The position numbers and the translations under genes were made by a program. This document shows, in pieces, positions 31,128-40,085 of a stretch of 64,000 bases of DNA (positions are counted from its first letter, which is position 1; every line of letters starts with the position of its first letter). The notes beneath the pieces were generated by a model. It made no database searches. It saw nothing but the letters and a program-made list of their open reading frames with translations, and had not been told where the DNA came from. The stretch spans positions 89,647 to 153,646 of the forward strand of contig CAWKFB010000017.1 in the NCBI GenBank assembly GCA_963848835.1, given 5' to 3'. This DNA comes from Candidatus Aminicenantes bacterium. GTDB taxonomy: Bacteria; Acidobacteriota; Aminicenantia; Aminicenantales; UBA4085.

Positions 31128-32348
31128 TCATTCGGACCGGAGCGCCTCGATCGGCGAAAGGCGCGAAGCCCGGCGGGCGGGGAAGACCCCGAAGAAGATC
31201 CCGATGGCCGCCGAGAACGTCACGGCCAGGACGACGGCCCAGGGCGTGATCACGACGGGAAGCTCCGGGAAAGCGAGGCGCGCTCCCCCCAGGGCCCCGA
31301 AGCTCAAGACTATCCCGGCCAGGCAGCCGAGGAGCGAGAGGACGACGGATTCGACCAGGAACTGGATCAGGATGTCCCGGGACCGGGCCCCCGTCGCCTT
31401 GCGCAAGCCGATCTCCCGCGTCCGCTCGCTGATCGAGGCGAGCATGATGTTCATGATCCCGATCCCGCCGACGACGAGGGAGATCGCGGCGATCGCGACC
31501 AGGGTGAAGGTCAGCGTGCTGAGGATCGAATTGAGGGTCGAGAGCATCTCATTCTGGGAGATGATGGTGATGTCTTCGACGCCGTTGTGGCGCGTCTTGA
31601 TCAATTCCTTGATCGCCGCCGAGGCTGTCCCGACCTCGCCGCTCGAGCGGGCCCGGACGAGGATCTCGGCCAAAGCGTCCGTGTTGAACAGCCGCTGGGC
31701 CGCGGTCAGGGGCAGGTAGACCTGATCGTCGAAATCGACCCCGAAGGTGCTCCCCTTCTCCTCCATGGCCCCGATGACCCGGAACTGCGTCCCCATCACC
31801 TGGACGAATTTGCCGAGGGGGTTCTCGTTTCCGAACACTTCCGTCCGGACCTTGCTTCCGAGGACCGCGATCCTCCGCTCCGAGTCGACGTCGTCCGGAC
31901 TCAGGAACCGGCCGACTTCGGTAAAGATGTCCCGGACATAAGGGAATTCCGGTCCCGTGCCCGAGATCATGGTGTTCCTCGAGACGCTCCCGTACTTGAT
32001 CAGCCCGAAGCCGAAGACGACCGGCGCGGTCCCGCCGACCGAAGGGATGCGCTTGCGGACGGCCTCGGAATCGGCCGAGGTCAGCTTGTGCCGGATGGCC
32101 GCCCCGACGATCCAGCTCGTGTTCACGGTCTCCCGCTTTCCGGGCGTGACGATGAGGAGGTTGCTGCCCATGCCGGCGAACTGATCCCCGACGAAGCCCC
32201 GGGCGCTGTGGCCGAGCGAGACGAGCGAGATGACGGCGAAAACCCCGACGACGATCCCGACCATGGTCAGGGCGCTGCGGAGCTTGTTCTCGGCCAGGAC
32301 GGAGAAGGCGACCCGGACGGACTCGCGGATGTTGAGCTCGCCGCTCAT
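31128..32348 (-). CDS. MacB-type ABC transporter permease (FtsX family with periplasmic domain); no ATPase domain
   Basis: This is ORF 31128..32576 trimmed to ATG 32348 (MSGELNIRESVRVAFSVLAENKLRSALTMVGIVVGV). A large periplasmic loop is followed by the FtsX block GGIGIMNIMLASISERTREIGLRKATGA. Confidence 0.85.
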   Translation of the reverse strand: MSGELNIRESVRVAFSVLAENKLRSALTMVGIVVGVFAVISLVSLGHSARGFVGDQFAGMGSNLLIVTPGKRETVNTSWIVGAAIRHKLTSADSEAVRKRIPSVGGTAPVVFGFGLIKYGSVSRNTMISGTGPEFPYVRDIFTEVGRFLSPDDVDSERRIAVLGSKVRTEVFGNENPLGKFVQVMGTQFRVIGAMEEKGSTFGVDFDDQVYLPLTAAQRLFNTDALAEILVRARSSGEVGTASAAIKELIKTRHNGVEDITIISQNEMLSTLNSILSTLTFTLVAIAAISLVVGGIGIMNIMLASISERTREIGLRKATGARSRDILIQFLVESVVLSLLGCLAGIVLSFGALGGARLAFPELPVVITPWAVVLAVTFSAAIGIFFGVFPARRASRLSPIEALRSE

Positions 32349-32356
32349 GCCGTTCT

Positions 32357-33610
32357 TCAGAGCTCGCGGGCCCGCTCGACCACGCGCAGGCCGTCCTGGA
32401 GCCGGACGTTCTCGGGCGGGACGGCGATCCGGTCGCCGGCGGCGAGGCCCGAAGTGACCTCGGTCCACTCCCAATTGGACAGGCCGGTCTCGACCGCGGT
32501 CTCCCGGATCGTCCCGCCGGCGACGAGATAGACGAACTTGCCCCGGGGACGGACGAGGATCGAGGCCGTCGGACACGCCACGGCCGCCGTCCGGGAGGAG
32601 ATCAGGACCTCGGCGTTCGCGGACATGCCGGGGACGACGCCGGCGACGCGCTCCGGCCCGAGCGCGATCTTCACCCGCGCCGTCCGGTTCTGGTCCAGGG
32701 CCCGGGAAATGAACGGGTAGACCTCGACAACCTTCCCTTCGAGCTCCCGCCGGCCGACGGCCTCGAAGGCCAGGGTCGCGGTCTGTCCGATCTTGAGCTT
32801 GCCGTAATCGTTCTCATCCACGTCGATCACGACGAACATGCGCCGATCGTCGGCGAGCTCGAGCTGCCCCGGGGAGGCGGCGAGCGTCGCGCCGGGAGAC
32901 ATGAGCGCCGCGGCCCCGGAGGCCGCGGCCGAGGCTTCCGGACGTCCCGCCGCGGCCGCCAGCGAGCCGCCCGCGAACGCCGCCGGCGCGATCCCGCCCC
33001 ACATCTGGCCGGGGACGAGGTCGCATTCCAGGACGATCGCGTCGAAGGGGGCCCGGACTTCGGTCTTGCGGCGGGACGCGGAAGCGACGTCGCGATGGAC
33101 CCGCGCCTGTTTCAGCGCGGATTCGGCGGCCGACTCCTCGGCCGTCGCCAGGTCGCGGGCCATCTTGGCCGTCTCGAGCTGTTGGACGGTCATCGAGTCG
33201 GCCTCGAACAGCCGGCGGGCCCGGTCGAAATCGTTCCGGACCTGGGAGGCGTGGACTTTCGCTTCCGCGAGACGCGCTTCGAACAACGGAACCGCGGCGT
33301 CAAGCGTCCGGAGCTGGTCCCGGAAATCGGTGTCGTCGAGGACGACGAGAATCTGGCCCGCTTTGACCCGTTCCCCGCGCCGCGCCCGGACCTCGAGGAC
33401 CCGGCCGGAGATCTCAGCCTGCAGGCTGACCCGCCTCTCGGGCTCGACGAAGCCGGTCGCGACGCCGGTGACGGTCTCGTCGATGGCCATCGGCCGGACG
33501 ATCCAGACGGCGACGGGGACCGGATCGGAGCGGAGGGAGGAAAGGACGATGAACGCCGCGCCGGCGACGACGAGAACGATGATGAGCCCGATCAGCAGCT
33601 TTTTCGGCAT
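32357..33610 (-). CDS. Efflux membrane-fusion (periplasmic adaptor) protein, HlyD/MacA family
   Basis: 417-aa ORF with an N-terminal TM helix (LLIGLIIVLVVAGAAFIVL), a coiled-coil hairpin region and a beta-barrel C-terminus. It stops 8 nt before the permease start. Confidence 0.85.
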   Translation of the reverse strand: MPKKLLIGLIIVLVVAGAAFIVLSSLRSDPVPVAVWIVRPMAIDETVTGVATGFVEPERRVSLQAEISGRVLEVRARRGERVKAGQILVVLDDTDFRDQLRTLDAAVPLFEARLAEAKVHASQVRNDFDRARRLFEADSMTVQQLETAKMARDLATAEESAAESALKQARVHRDVASASRRKTEVRAPFDAIVLECDLVPGQMWGGIAPAAFAGGSLAAAAGRPEASAAASGAAALMSPGATLAASPGQLELADDRRMFVVIDVDENDYGKLKIGQTATLAFEAVGRRELEGKVVEVYPFISRALDQNRTARVKIALGPERVAGVVPGMSANAEVLISSRTAAVACPTASILVRPRGKFVYLVAGGTIRETAVETGLSNWEWTEVTSGLAAGDRIAVPPENVRLQDGLRVVERAREL

Positions 33611-33617
33611 GGTTTTC

Positions 33618-35192
33618 TCACCAGTTCTTCCCCAGGTCGGCGAGCAGGGCGGCGTGCATCTCGACGCCGTCCCACAGGTTCTGGAGCCGGATATTCTCGT
33701 CCGGGCCGTGCTGGTTGTTGTCGTGATTGGCGATCGGGAGGAGGGCGATCGGCAGGCCGAGCACCCGGGCGAACATCTCCATCGGGATGCTCCCCCCGGA
33801 AGCCGGCAGCTGGACGAGCCTTCCCCCCGTCGCGGCGTCGAGCGTCCGGACGAGGGCCCGGGCGAACGGGGAACTCATGGGCTCCCGGTAGCCCGGGTAG
33901 CCGCCTTCCCACGTCATCTGAATGAACCTGGGGGCCTGCTTGCGCTGCTCTTCCGAAAGCGGACCGTTGACGATCTCGAAGCCCATCGCCCGGACGGCCC
34001 GTTCGAAGGAATCCCTGACCCGGGCCGGAGATTGATCGGGGACGAGCCTAAAATCGATCGAGGCCGTCGCCTCGGCGGGGACGGCGTTCTGAGCTTTGGC
34101 ACCGATATTTCCCGACCTCAATCCGCGAACGTTGAGGGCCGGACGCATGATCCGTTCCTCGACGCGGACCCCGCCGCCTTCGGTCCAGCCCAGCTTGAAC
34201 TCGCGGCGGAGCTCTTCGTCCACGGGCGGAGCCGCCGCGAGGGCTTGTCTCTCCTCTTCGGACAGCGGCCGGACGTCGTCATAGAAGCCCGGGATATTGA
34301 CGGTCCCATCGTCCGCCCGGAGCGAGCCGAGGATGCGGGAGAGGATCGCGGCCGGGTTGGGAGCCCAATTCCCATAATGGCCGCTATGGAGGGGCCGGTC
34401 CGGGCCGAAGACGGTCATTTCCAGCCCGACGACTCCGCGCGCCCCGAATACGATCATGGGCCGACGCGTCTGGTGGACCGGACCGTCGCACAGGATCATG
34501 CCGTCGGCCCGGAAGAGGTCCGGCTTGCCGACAAGGAAAGCCTGGAGATGAGGCGAACCCTGCTCTTCTTCGCCCTCGAAGAGATACCTCACGTTCACCG
34601 AGAGGGGCTTTTTCCGCTCTTTCAGAATGTCGAGCGCGGCCAGGGCGGCGACGATCGTCCCCTTGTCGTCGCTCGCGCCCCGTCCGTACAAGCGCCATTC
34701 CCCGGACCTGTCGGGCGACAGCCCCACGAGTCCGGCTGTTTTGGCGCCGGAGGCGATCGTCCCCATCCTCAGGACCGGCTTCCAAGGATCGTCCGTCCAG
34801 GCCGTCGGATCGACCGGCTGGCCGTCGTAATGGGCGTAGATGAGGAGGGTTTTTTTCGCACCCGGCGTTTTGATTTCCCCAACGACGAGAGGCGGGCCGC
34901 CCTCGATCTCGAGGATCCTGGACGGGATCCCCCGGTCCCGCATCATCCCGGCCAGATGGACGGCGTTGCGCAGGATGTTCTTCCGATCGGTCGCGACATT
35001 CGGGATGGCCATGAAGCCGATGAGCTCGCGCACGACGGATCTCATCCGGTCGCGGCCCAGGCTTCGCGCCGCCGGATCTCCGTTCGGCCGCCCTTCGCCG
35101 GATGCGGCGAACGCGATCAGGAAGAGTGAGGCGGCCGCGGCCCCCATGCGTCGGCCTCGGCCTCGTTTCCGAACATCTATGGCTCCGGGCAT
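33618..35192 (-). CDS. M20-family metallopeptidase (dipeptidase/deacylase-like), secreted
   Basis: 524-aa ORF with a signal-like N-terminus. M20 motifs are YGRGASDDKG and FEGEEEQGS. Confidence 0.8.
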   Translation of the reverse strand: MPGAIDVRKRGRGRRMGAAAASLFLIAFAASGEGRPNGDPAARSLGRDRMRSVVRELIGFMAIPNVATDRKNILRNAVHLAGMMRDRGIPSRILEIEGGPPLVVGEIKTPGAKKTLLIYAHYDGQPVDPTAWTDDPWKPVLRMGTIASGAKTAGLVGLSPDRSGEWRLYGRGASDDKGTIVAALAALDILKERKKPLSVNVRYLFEGEEEQGSPHLQAFLVGKPDLFRADGMILCDGPVHQTRRPMIVFGARGVVGLEMTVFGPDRPLHSGHYGNWAPNPAAILSRILGSLRADDGTVNIPGFYDDVRPLSEEERQALAAAPPVDEELRREFKLGWTEGGGVRVEERIMRPALNVRGLRSGNIGAKAQNAVPAEATASIDFRLVPDQSPARVRDSFERAVRAMGFEIVNGPLSEEQRKQAPRFIQMTWEGGYPGYREPMSSPFARALVRTLDAATGGRLVQLPASGGSIPMEMFARVLGLPIALLPIANHDNNQHGPDENIRLQNLWDGVEMHAALLADLGKNW

Positions 35193-35286
35193 CCGGCTTC
35201 TCCTTTATGCCAAGAGTTTATGGGAGAAAACCGGGAATGTAAACAGTCCGAACGCGGAGAGTACCCTGCTTCGGAGCTCCGGGGGG

Positions 35287-35736
35287 TCAGGCGACGGGCC
35301 GGGACGGAGGCCCGGACGCCCTCGCACCGGTCCGTCGCTTCCGGATCGCGTCCAGGCTCCACGGCCCCGCTCCGGCGATCGACAGATAGAGCCAGAGGAA
35401 ACAATAAAGAGCCGCCGGCTCGCCGCCGTTCAGAGTCGGCCAGAAGCTCCGGGGAAGATGGACCTGGAAATAGGCAACGGCCATTTCTCCCGCCAGAACG
35501 AAGGCGACGGGACGAGTGAAGAGGCCGATAAGGAGGAGCAGGCCGCCGAACGTCTCGAGGACGCCGGCCAGCCCCGTCTGGGAAAGCAGGGTGACCGTCC
35601 CCCCGGCCTTCGAGGCCGCGGCCGGAAAGGCAAAGAGCTTCATCGTGCCGTGGAGCATGAACATAACCGCGGCGACGATCCGGAGGAGGCTCCGAAGCCG
35701 GTCCGCCCAAGTCGATCCTTCCCGCATTTCAGTCAA
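35287..35736 (-). CDS. DoxX-family membrane protein
   Basis: 149-aa ORF with 4 TM segments. The pattern LLRIVAAVMFMLHGTMKLF...GLLLLIGLFTRPVA is typical of DoxX. Its start overlaps the upstream SDR stop by 8 nt. Confidence 0.75.
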   Translation of the reverse strand: MTEMREGSTWADRLRSLLRIVAAVMFMLHGTMKLFAFPAAASKAGGTVTLLSQTGLAGVLETFGGLLLLIGLFTRPVAFVLAGEMAVAYFQVHLPRSFWPTLNGGEPAALYCFLWLYLSIAGAGPWSLDAIRKRRTGARASGPPSRPVA

Positions 35737-36583
35737 GATGCCCTCCGTAATTGTCCAGGCCGGAGAGCCGGACGCTCTCCGCCCAGAATCGTTCCTGAAG
35801 GTCGATGTCGGCCTGGAACGGGGCTTTGATGATCTTGCCGTCGTGAAGGAGCTCGCCGGTGACCGCAGCGAACCTGTCCTCGACGGCGAGCGCGATCACC
35901 CCCTCAGCCGCGCGCTCCGGAGTCCGGGAAAACGGGCGAAGAACGACCCGGGACAGGAACCGCACCATGAGGGGAGCGTGCTTCGTAAGAGAAGTCCAGG
36001 TCACGCCCGGATGGCAGGCATTGGCGGTGATGCCGCGCGCCTTGCCCCTCCGGGCGAGGACGTAGGTAAAGAGAAGATTCTCCGCTTTGGACGCCCCGAA
36101 CGCCCGGGCCGCGCTGAACCGCCGCTGCCCTTGAAGATCGCCCAGGTCCGGCTTGACCGTCGACGGCGCCGTCAAGGTGATGATCCGAGAGGGCGCTCCG
36201 GCTTCGAGCCGGTCCAGGAGAAGATTCGTCAGAAGAAACGGGCCGAGGTGATTCGTGGCGAACATCAGCTCCAGGCCCTCCGGCGTCACCGTTCGCTTAT
36301 CCATCAAAACGGCCGCGGCGTTGACCAGGAGATTCAAGCGATCGGTCCTTTTCCGGATCTCTTCCGCCGCCGCTCGAACCGACGCGGGGGAGCTCAAATC
36401 GCAATGAAGGAACTCGAGCCGGCCGTTCCCGCCGGCCGAGCGGGACGCGTCCCTGAGGGGAGTCCGGGACAGACAGATCACCGACATGCCGGCCTCCGCG
36501 AGCCCGGCCGCCGTCGCTCCGCCGATCCCTCCCGAAGCGCCGGTGACGAGAGCGATACGGCCTGGGAATCCGGACATGGTCAT
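35729..36583 (-). CDS. Short-chain dehydrogenase/reductase family protein; the catalytic Tyr position appears to be Phe
   Basis: This is ORF 35729..36643 trimmed to ATG 36583, which forms an ATGA overlap with the upstream stop. It has the TGASGGIG cofactor motif. Where YxxxK is expected, the sequence reads AFGASKAENLLFT. Confidence 0.75.
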   Translation of the reverse strand: MTMSGFPGRIALVTGASGGIGGATAAGLAEAGMSVICLSRTPLRDASRSAGGNGRLEFLHCDLSSPASVRAAAEEIRKRTDRLNLLVNAAAVLMDKRTVTPEGLELMFATNHLGPFLLTNLLLDRLEAGAPSRIITLTAPSTVKPDLGDLQGQRRFSAARAFGASKAENLLFTYVLARRGKARGITANACHPGVTWTSLTKHAPLMVRFLSRVVLRPFSRTPERAAEGVIALAVEDRFAAVTGELLHDGKIIKAPFQADIDLQERFWAESVRLSGLDNYGGHLD

Positions 36584-37260
36584 CCCCGAACGATCTTGAA
36601 GTTGAACGCCGGATCCCCGAAGATCCCCCACAGCCGGATCCATACCGGCAGCATCATCTCCGCGCCGCGGCAGCCCGTGATGTCCCCGAAGTCGATGATC
36701 GCCTTCCAGCCGTAGGCGTGGGCGATCCCGACAACCCGGGCTTTCGCCTCCGCGTCGTTGCCGCAGACGAAGAGATGGTGGTCGGCGCCGGCGAGGCTGC
36801 CGGGATCGACCTGGAGGGAGGCGCTCAACGTGTTGAACGATTTGACCACCTTCGCCTTGGGGAGCGCCTGTTGGATCCGTTCGCCCAGGGATTCGGTGTT
36901 GGAGACAAAAAGCGTCGGCGGCATTCCGTGGGAGAAGTCGAGCGGGTTCGCGATATCGACGAGAACCTTTCCGGCGGTCTCTTTCCCGAGATTTCCCAGG
37001 ACTCCTAGGACGGCTGCGCCCTCGATCGCTTCGATAACGATCTCGCCGGCCGCCGCGGCTTCCGCGAACGGCGCGATCCTGATCCGCGCGTGCTCTTTAA
37101 GCCACGCGTCCATCGGAGGAAGCCCCCGGCCGTTCCCGTTCTGCCGCGCCATGGTGCCGATGACGTCCCGCGTCCCTATGACCACGTCGTTCCCGAGGGC
37201 GGCCAGCTTCTCCGCGTGCGCCCGGCCGACTATGCCCGTGCCCAGGACCCCGATCTTCAT
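36580..37260 (-). CDS. NADP oxidoreductase, coenzyme-F420-dependent-type family (NpdG/pyrroline-5-carboxylate-reductase-like Rossmann protein)
   Basis: 226-aa ORF. The Rossmann motif is MKIGVLGTGIVGRAHAEKLAALGNDVVIGTRD. The size and C-terminal half fit the F420_oxidored-type family. Confidence 0.7.
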   Translation of the reverse strand: MKIGVLGTGIVGRAHAEKLAALGNDVVIGTRDVIGTMARQNGNGRGLPPMDAWLKEHARIRIAPFAEAAAAGEIVIEAIEGAAVLGVLGNLGKETAGKVLVDIANPLDFSHGMPPTLFVSNTESLGERIQQALPKAKVVKSFNTLSASLQVDPGSLAGADHHLFVCGNDAEAKARVVGIAHAYGWKAIIDFGDITGCRGAEMMLPVWIRLWGIFGDPAFNFKIVRG

Positions 37261-37290
37261 CCGCGCCTCCTTGGGAGTGGTGGCCCGTCA

Positions 37291-38031
37291 TCAGCTCAGT
37301 CCGTAGACGGGGATCGCGGCGCCGCTCGTGACCGAGCCCGCGTCCGATATGAGGTAAAGAACAACGTCCGCGATGGCTTCGGCGCTCGTCCAGTTCGAAT
37401 AATCCGCCCCGGGATTATGGGCCCGGTTGTCGGGCGAATCGATCGTTCCCGGAAGGATGCAGTTGGCGGTGATCCCGTGCTTCAGCGTTTCCGCGGCGAT
37501 CACTTCCGTCAGGATGACGACGCCGGCCTTGGCCACCGTGTAAGCCCCGTTCTTGACGCGGTTCTTTTTTTCGACGGCCTGGCGGGCGCCAACGCATACG
37601 ATCTTGCCGGATTTCGCCTTGATCATGGCCGGAAGCACGGCCCGGGAGCACAGGAACGCCGTTTTCAGGTTCAAGTCGAGGAGATATGCCCAATCTTCCG
37701 GCGAGGTCGCCGCGACCTCGGCGCCGCCGCGCCAGCCGCCGGCGATGTTCAACAAAGCGTCGATCCGGCCGTAGTGCTTGAGGACGGCGCCGATAAGCTC
37801 GGACACTTCATCCTCCCGGGTCAGATCGGCCCGGAATCCGCCCAGGGCCGTTCTCTCTCCGCCGAGGGAGTCGATGAGGCCTTGGAGTTTCTCCTCGGTT
37901 CGATAGACGGCGGCGACGACGGCTTCCGCGTCGAGGAGACGTTTGATGACCGCTTTGCCCAATCCGCCCGTCGCCCCGGTAACAAGGACGACTTTTTTTC
38001 GGATGGATTCGAGGAAATTCCGCTCGGGCAT
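37291..38031 (-). CDS. Short-chain dehydrogenase/reductase (classical SDR)
   Basis: This is ORF 37291..38106 trimmed to ATG 38031, with AAGGAG 9 nt upstream. It has the TGATGGLG motif and a YxxxK motif (AYTVAKAG). Confidence 0.85.
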   Translation of the reverse strand: MPERNFLESIRKKVVLVTGATGGLGKAVIKRLLDAEAVVAAVYRTEEKLQGLIDSLGGERTALGGFRADLTREDEVSELIGAVLKHYGRIDALLNIAGGWRGGAEVAATSPEDWAYLLDLNLKTAFLCSRAVLPAMIKAKSGKIVCVGARQAVEKKNRVKNGAYTVAKAGVVILTEVIAAETLKHGITANCILPGTIDSPDNRAHNPGADYSNWTSAEAIADVVLYLISDAGSVTSGAAIPVYGLS

Positions 38032-38361
38032 TATGGAGACTCCTTTTCCCGGCAAAGCCGCGGCGACCCGCGATTCCCAAATGCCGAGGCAGCTGAAAGA
38101 ATCCAAAAATCATGCCAATCGGCTTAATACGCCCCATTCTGAAAAAGGGGGCCCAAAGGGCATTCCGGCGTTCGGATTCGTCCAAAGGCGCGGGAAATCG
38201 TCCTGTTCAACGGGAATCCGGGCGAGCTCCCACGGTAGGGCAGGGTTCATTTCTCTTAGATCCGGCTCAGGGCGCTCCCGATCGGCTGGCACGAATATTG
38301 CCAAATAAAGGAGCGCGGCGTGGCGCCGCACATTCGTTCGTTCCATCCTAAGGAGAAGATT

Positions 38362-38991
38362 ATGAAAAAGCCCGCTCTCGTTCTTTCGGCCGTCTTGATC
38401 GTCGCTCTATGTGTTTCCGCCCCGGCGTTCGCCCAGGCGGGGGCGTCCATGAAGCCGGCGCCGCAGGACAAGCCCATGACGGAAAAAATGATGCAGGACA
38501 TGTTCATGAAATACGGCCTGCCCGGAAAATCCCACGAGTTCCTGAAAAAATTCGTCGGGACTTGGGACATGGAGGTCAAATCCTGGATGAAGCCCGGGGA
38601 CCCGCCCGCAGCGAGCACGGGAACACAGACGAACCAGCTCATCCTCGGCGGGCGGTACGTCGAGATCAAGCTGGAGATCATGATGGGCACGATGAAGCTG
38701 ACCGGGATGGAGATCCTCGGCTACGATCTCTTCCGGAACACGTACACGAATTTCTACATCGACGACTCGACCACGGCGTTCACGGTCGTCACGGGAGGCT
38801 TGGATCCCTCGGGCATGGCCCTGACCCAGACCGGGATGTCGCCCGACATCATGACCGGGAAGATGCAGAAGATCCGCGCCGTGACGACCTTCCTCGCGGA
38901 GGGCAAGTACAGGTTCGAGATCTTCATGGTTCCCCCGGACGGCAAGGACTTCAAGAGCCTGGAGTTCCTGGCCACGAAGAGGTTGAAGTGA
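38362..38991 (+). CDS. Secreted DUF1579-like protein
   Basis: ATG 38362 is preceded by AAGGAG. It has a signal peptide (MKKPALVLSAVLIVALCVSAPAFA). The blocks HEFLKKFVGTWDMEVK and ILGGRYV resemble DUF1579 proteins; this is from recall and is unverified. Confidence 0.6.
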   Translation: MKKPALVLSAVLIVALCVSAPAFAQAGASMKPAPQDKPMTEKMMQDMFMKYGLPGKSHEFLKKFVGTWDMEVKSWMKPGDPPAASTGTQTNQLILGGRYVEIKLEIMMGTMKLTGMEILGYDLFRNTYTNFYIDDSTTAFTVVTGGLDPSGMALTQTGMSPDIMTGKMQKIRAVTTFLAEGKYRFEIFMVPPDGKDFKSLEFLATKRLK

Positions 38992-39008
38992 AGACGAAGG
39001 GAGACGAT

Positions 39009-39392
39009 ATGAAACCGAAAAAGACGCAGGCGTCCAAGGCGCCGAAGACGACGGCGGACAAGCCCTGCCCCGAAGACCTGAACCTGCCCCGGCCGTCGCG
39101 TGAGGATTACGCGGGGACCGTCGAGGAGCAGATCGCCGATTTCGAGGAAACGCTCGACGGTTACGAGACGGACATGGAATCCACAGGCTGGGACGACCTG
39201 AGCGAGTTCCGCAACCGGATCGACGATCTGCGCGCCCGGCTGAAGAGCCTCCGCAGCCAATCGGAGGAGCTCGCGGACGCGGAGGATGCGGAGTGGCCGG
39301 CTCTCCACGAGGACATGGAAAAGGCGCTCCTCGACATGTCCGACGCCATGAGGGACATTGCGGTCGAGCTCGGGCAGGTCCTGCCGGAGTGA
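39009..39392 (+). CDS. Hypothetical acidic, coiled-coil-like 127-aa protein
   Basis: ATG 39009 is preceded by AAGGGAG and lies in the frame of ORF 38409..39392. It has a basic N-terminus followed by a Glu/Asp-rich helical region. I recognise no family. Confidence 0.4.
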   Translation: MKPKKTQASKAPKTTADKPCPEDLNLPRPSREDYAGTVEEQIADFEETLDGYETDMESTGWDDLSEFRNRIDDLRARLKSLRSQSEELADAEDAEWPALHEDMEKALLDMSDAMRDIAVELGQVLPE

Positions 39393-39439
39393 AACGTCCG
39401 GCCCGGGACGGAGGATGAAATCATCGGAAAGGAGAAAGG

Positions 39440-39814
39440 GTGATGAATAAGATATTCATGTTCGAGCTGCCGGTGGCCAATATGAAGCGGGCCGCGGCGT
39501 TCTACAAGAAAGCGTTCGGCTGGAAGATCGTGCCGTGGAACGGCTCGTACGGCATCCAGTCCGTTCCGGAGGACGCCAACTGGGTCCCGAAGGTGAAGGG
39601 CGCGATCAACGGCGAGATGTACCGGCGGGCGTCCAAAAAGGAAGCCCCCATCCTCGTCGTCCTCGTGCCTTCGATCAACCGGGCCGTCGCCGGCGTGATC
39701 AAGGCGGGAGGCAAGGTGGTTTTGAAGAAGGAGCCCTACGAGGATTGGGGCTGGTACGCCCGGGTCAAGGACCCCGAAGGGAACGTCTTCGGCCTCTGGG
39801 AACACGCGAAATAA
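39440..39814 (+). CDS. VOC (glyoxalase/bleomycin-resistance) family protein
   Basis: 124-aa ORF. The blocks FELPVANMKRAAAFYKKAFGW and ARVKDPEGNVFGLWE are typical VOC beta-alpha-beta-beta-beta modules. Confidence 0.75.
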   Translation: MMNKIFMFELPVANMKRAAAFYKKAFGWKIVPWNGSYGIQSVPEDANWVPKVKGAINGEMYRRASKKEAPILVVLVPSINRAVAGVIKAGGKVVLKKEPYEDWGWYARVKDPEGNVFGLWEHAK

Positions 39815-40085
39815 GGTTCCCCGGTCCCGCCCGCGCCGCGGGCGGAGGCTCCTGGCGGAAAGCCGTTCGTTTCCGAATGGCCGGCGCAGATCTATGGTAT
39901 AAATATCCGGACCGCCGGCGCGGCCCCGGGCCGGCGCGAACGACTGAGAAGGAGCGAAGCATGAAAGCGCAGCGTTTCCTGGTCCAGGGGTCCTACGGTC
40001 CCCTGCGGGAGGGCGAGGCCGAGCGGGCGAAAGCTTGGGGCGCCGCCCTGGCCGGATCGATATCCTGATCACCGTGCGGGAAAAG

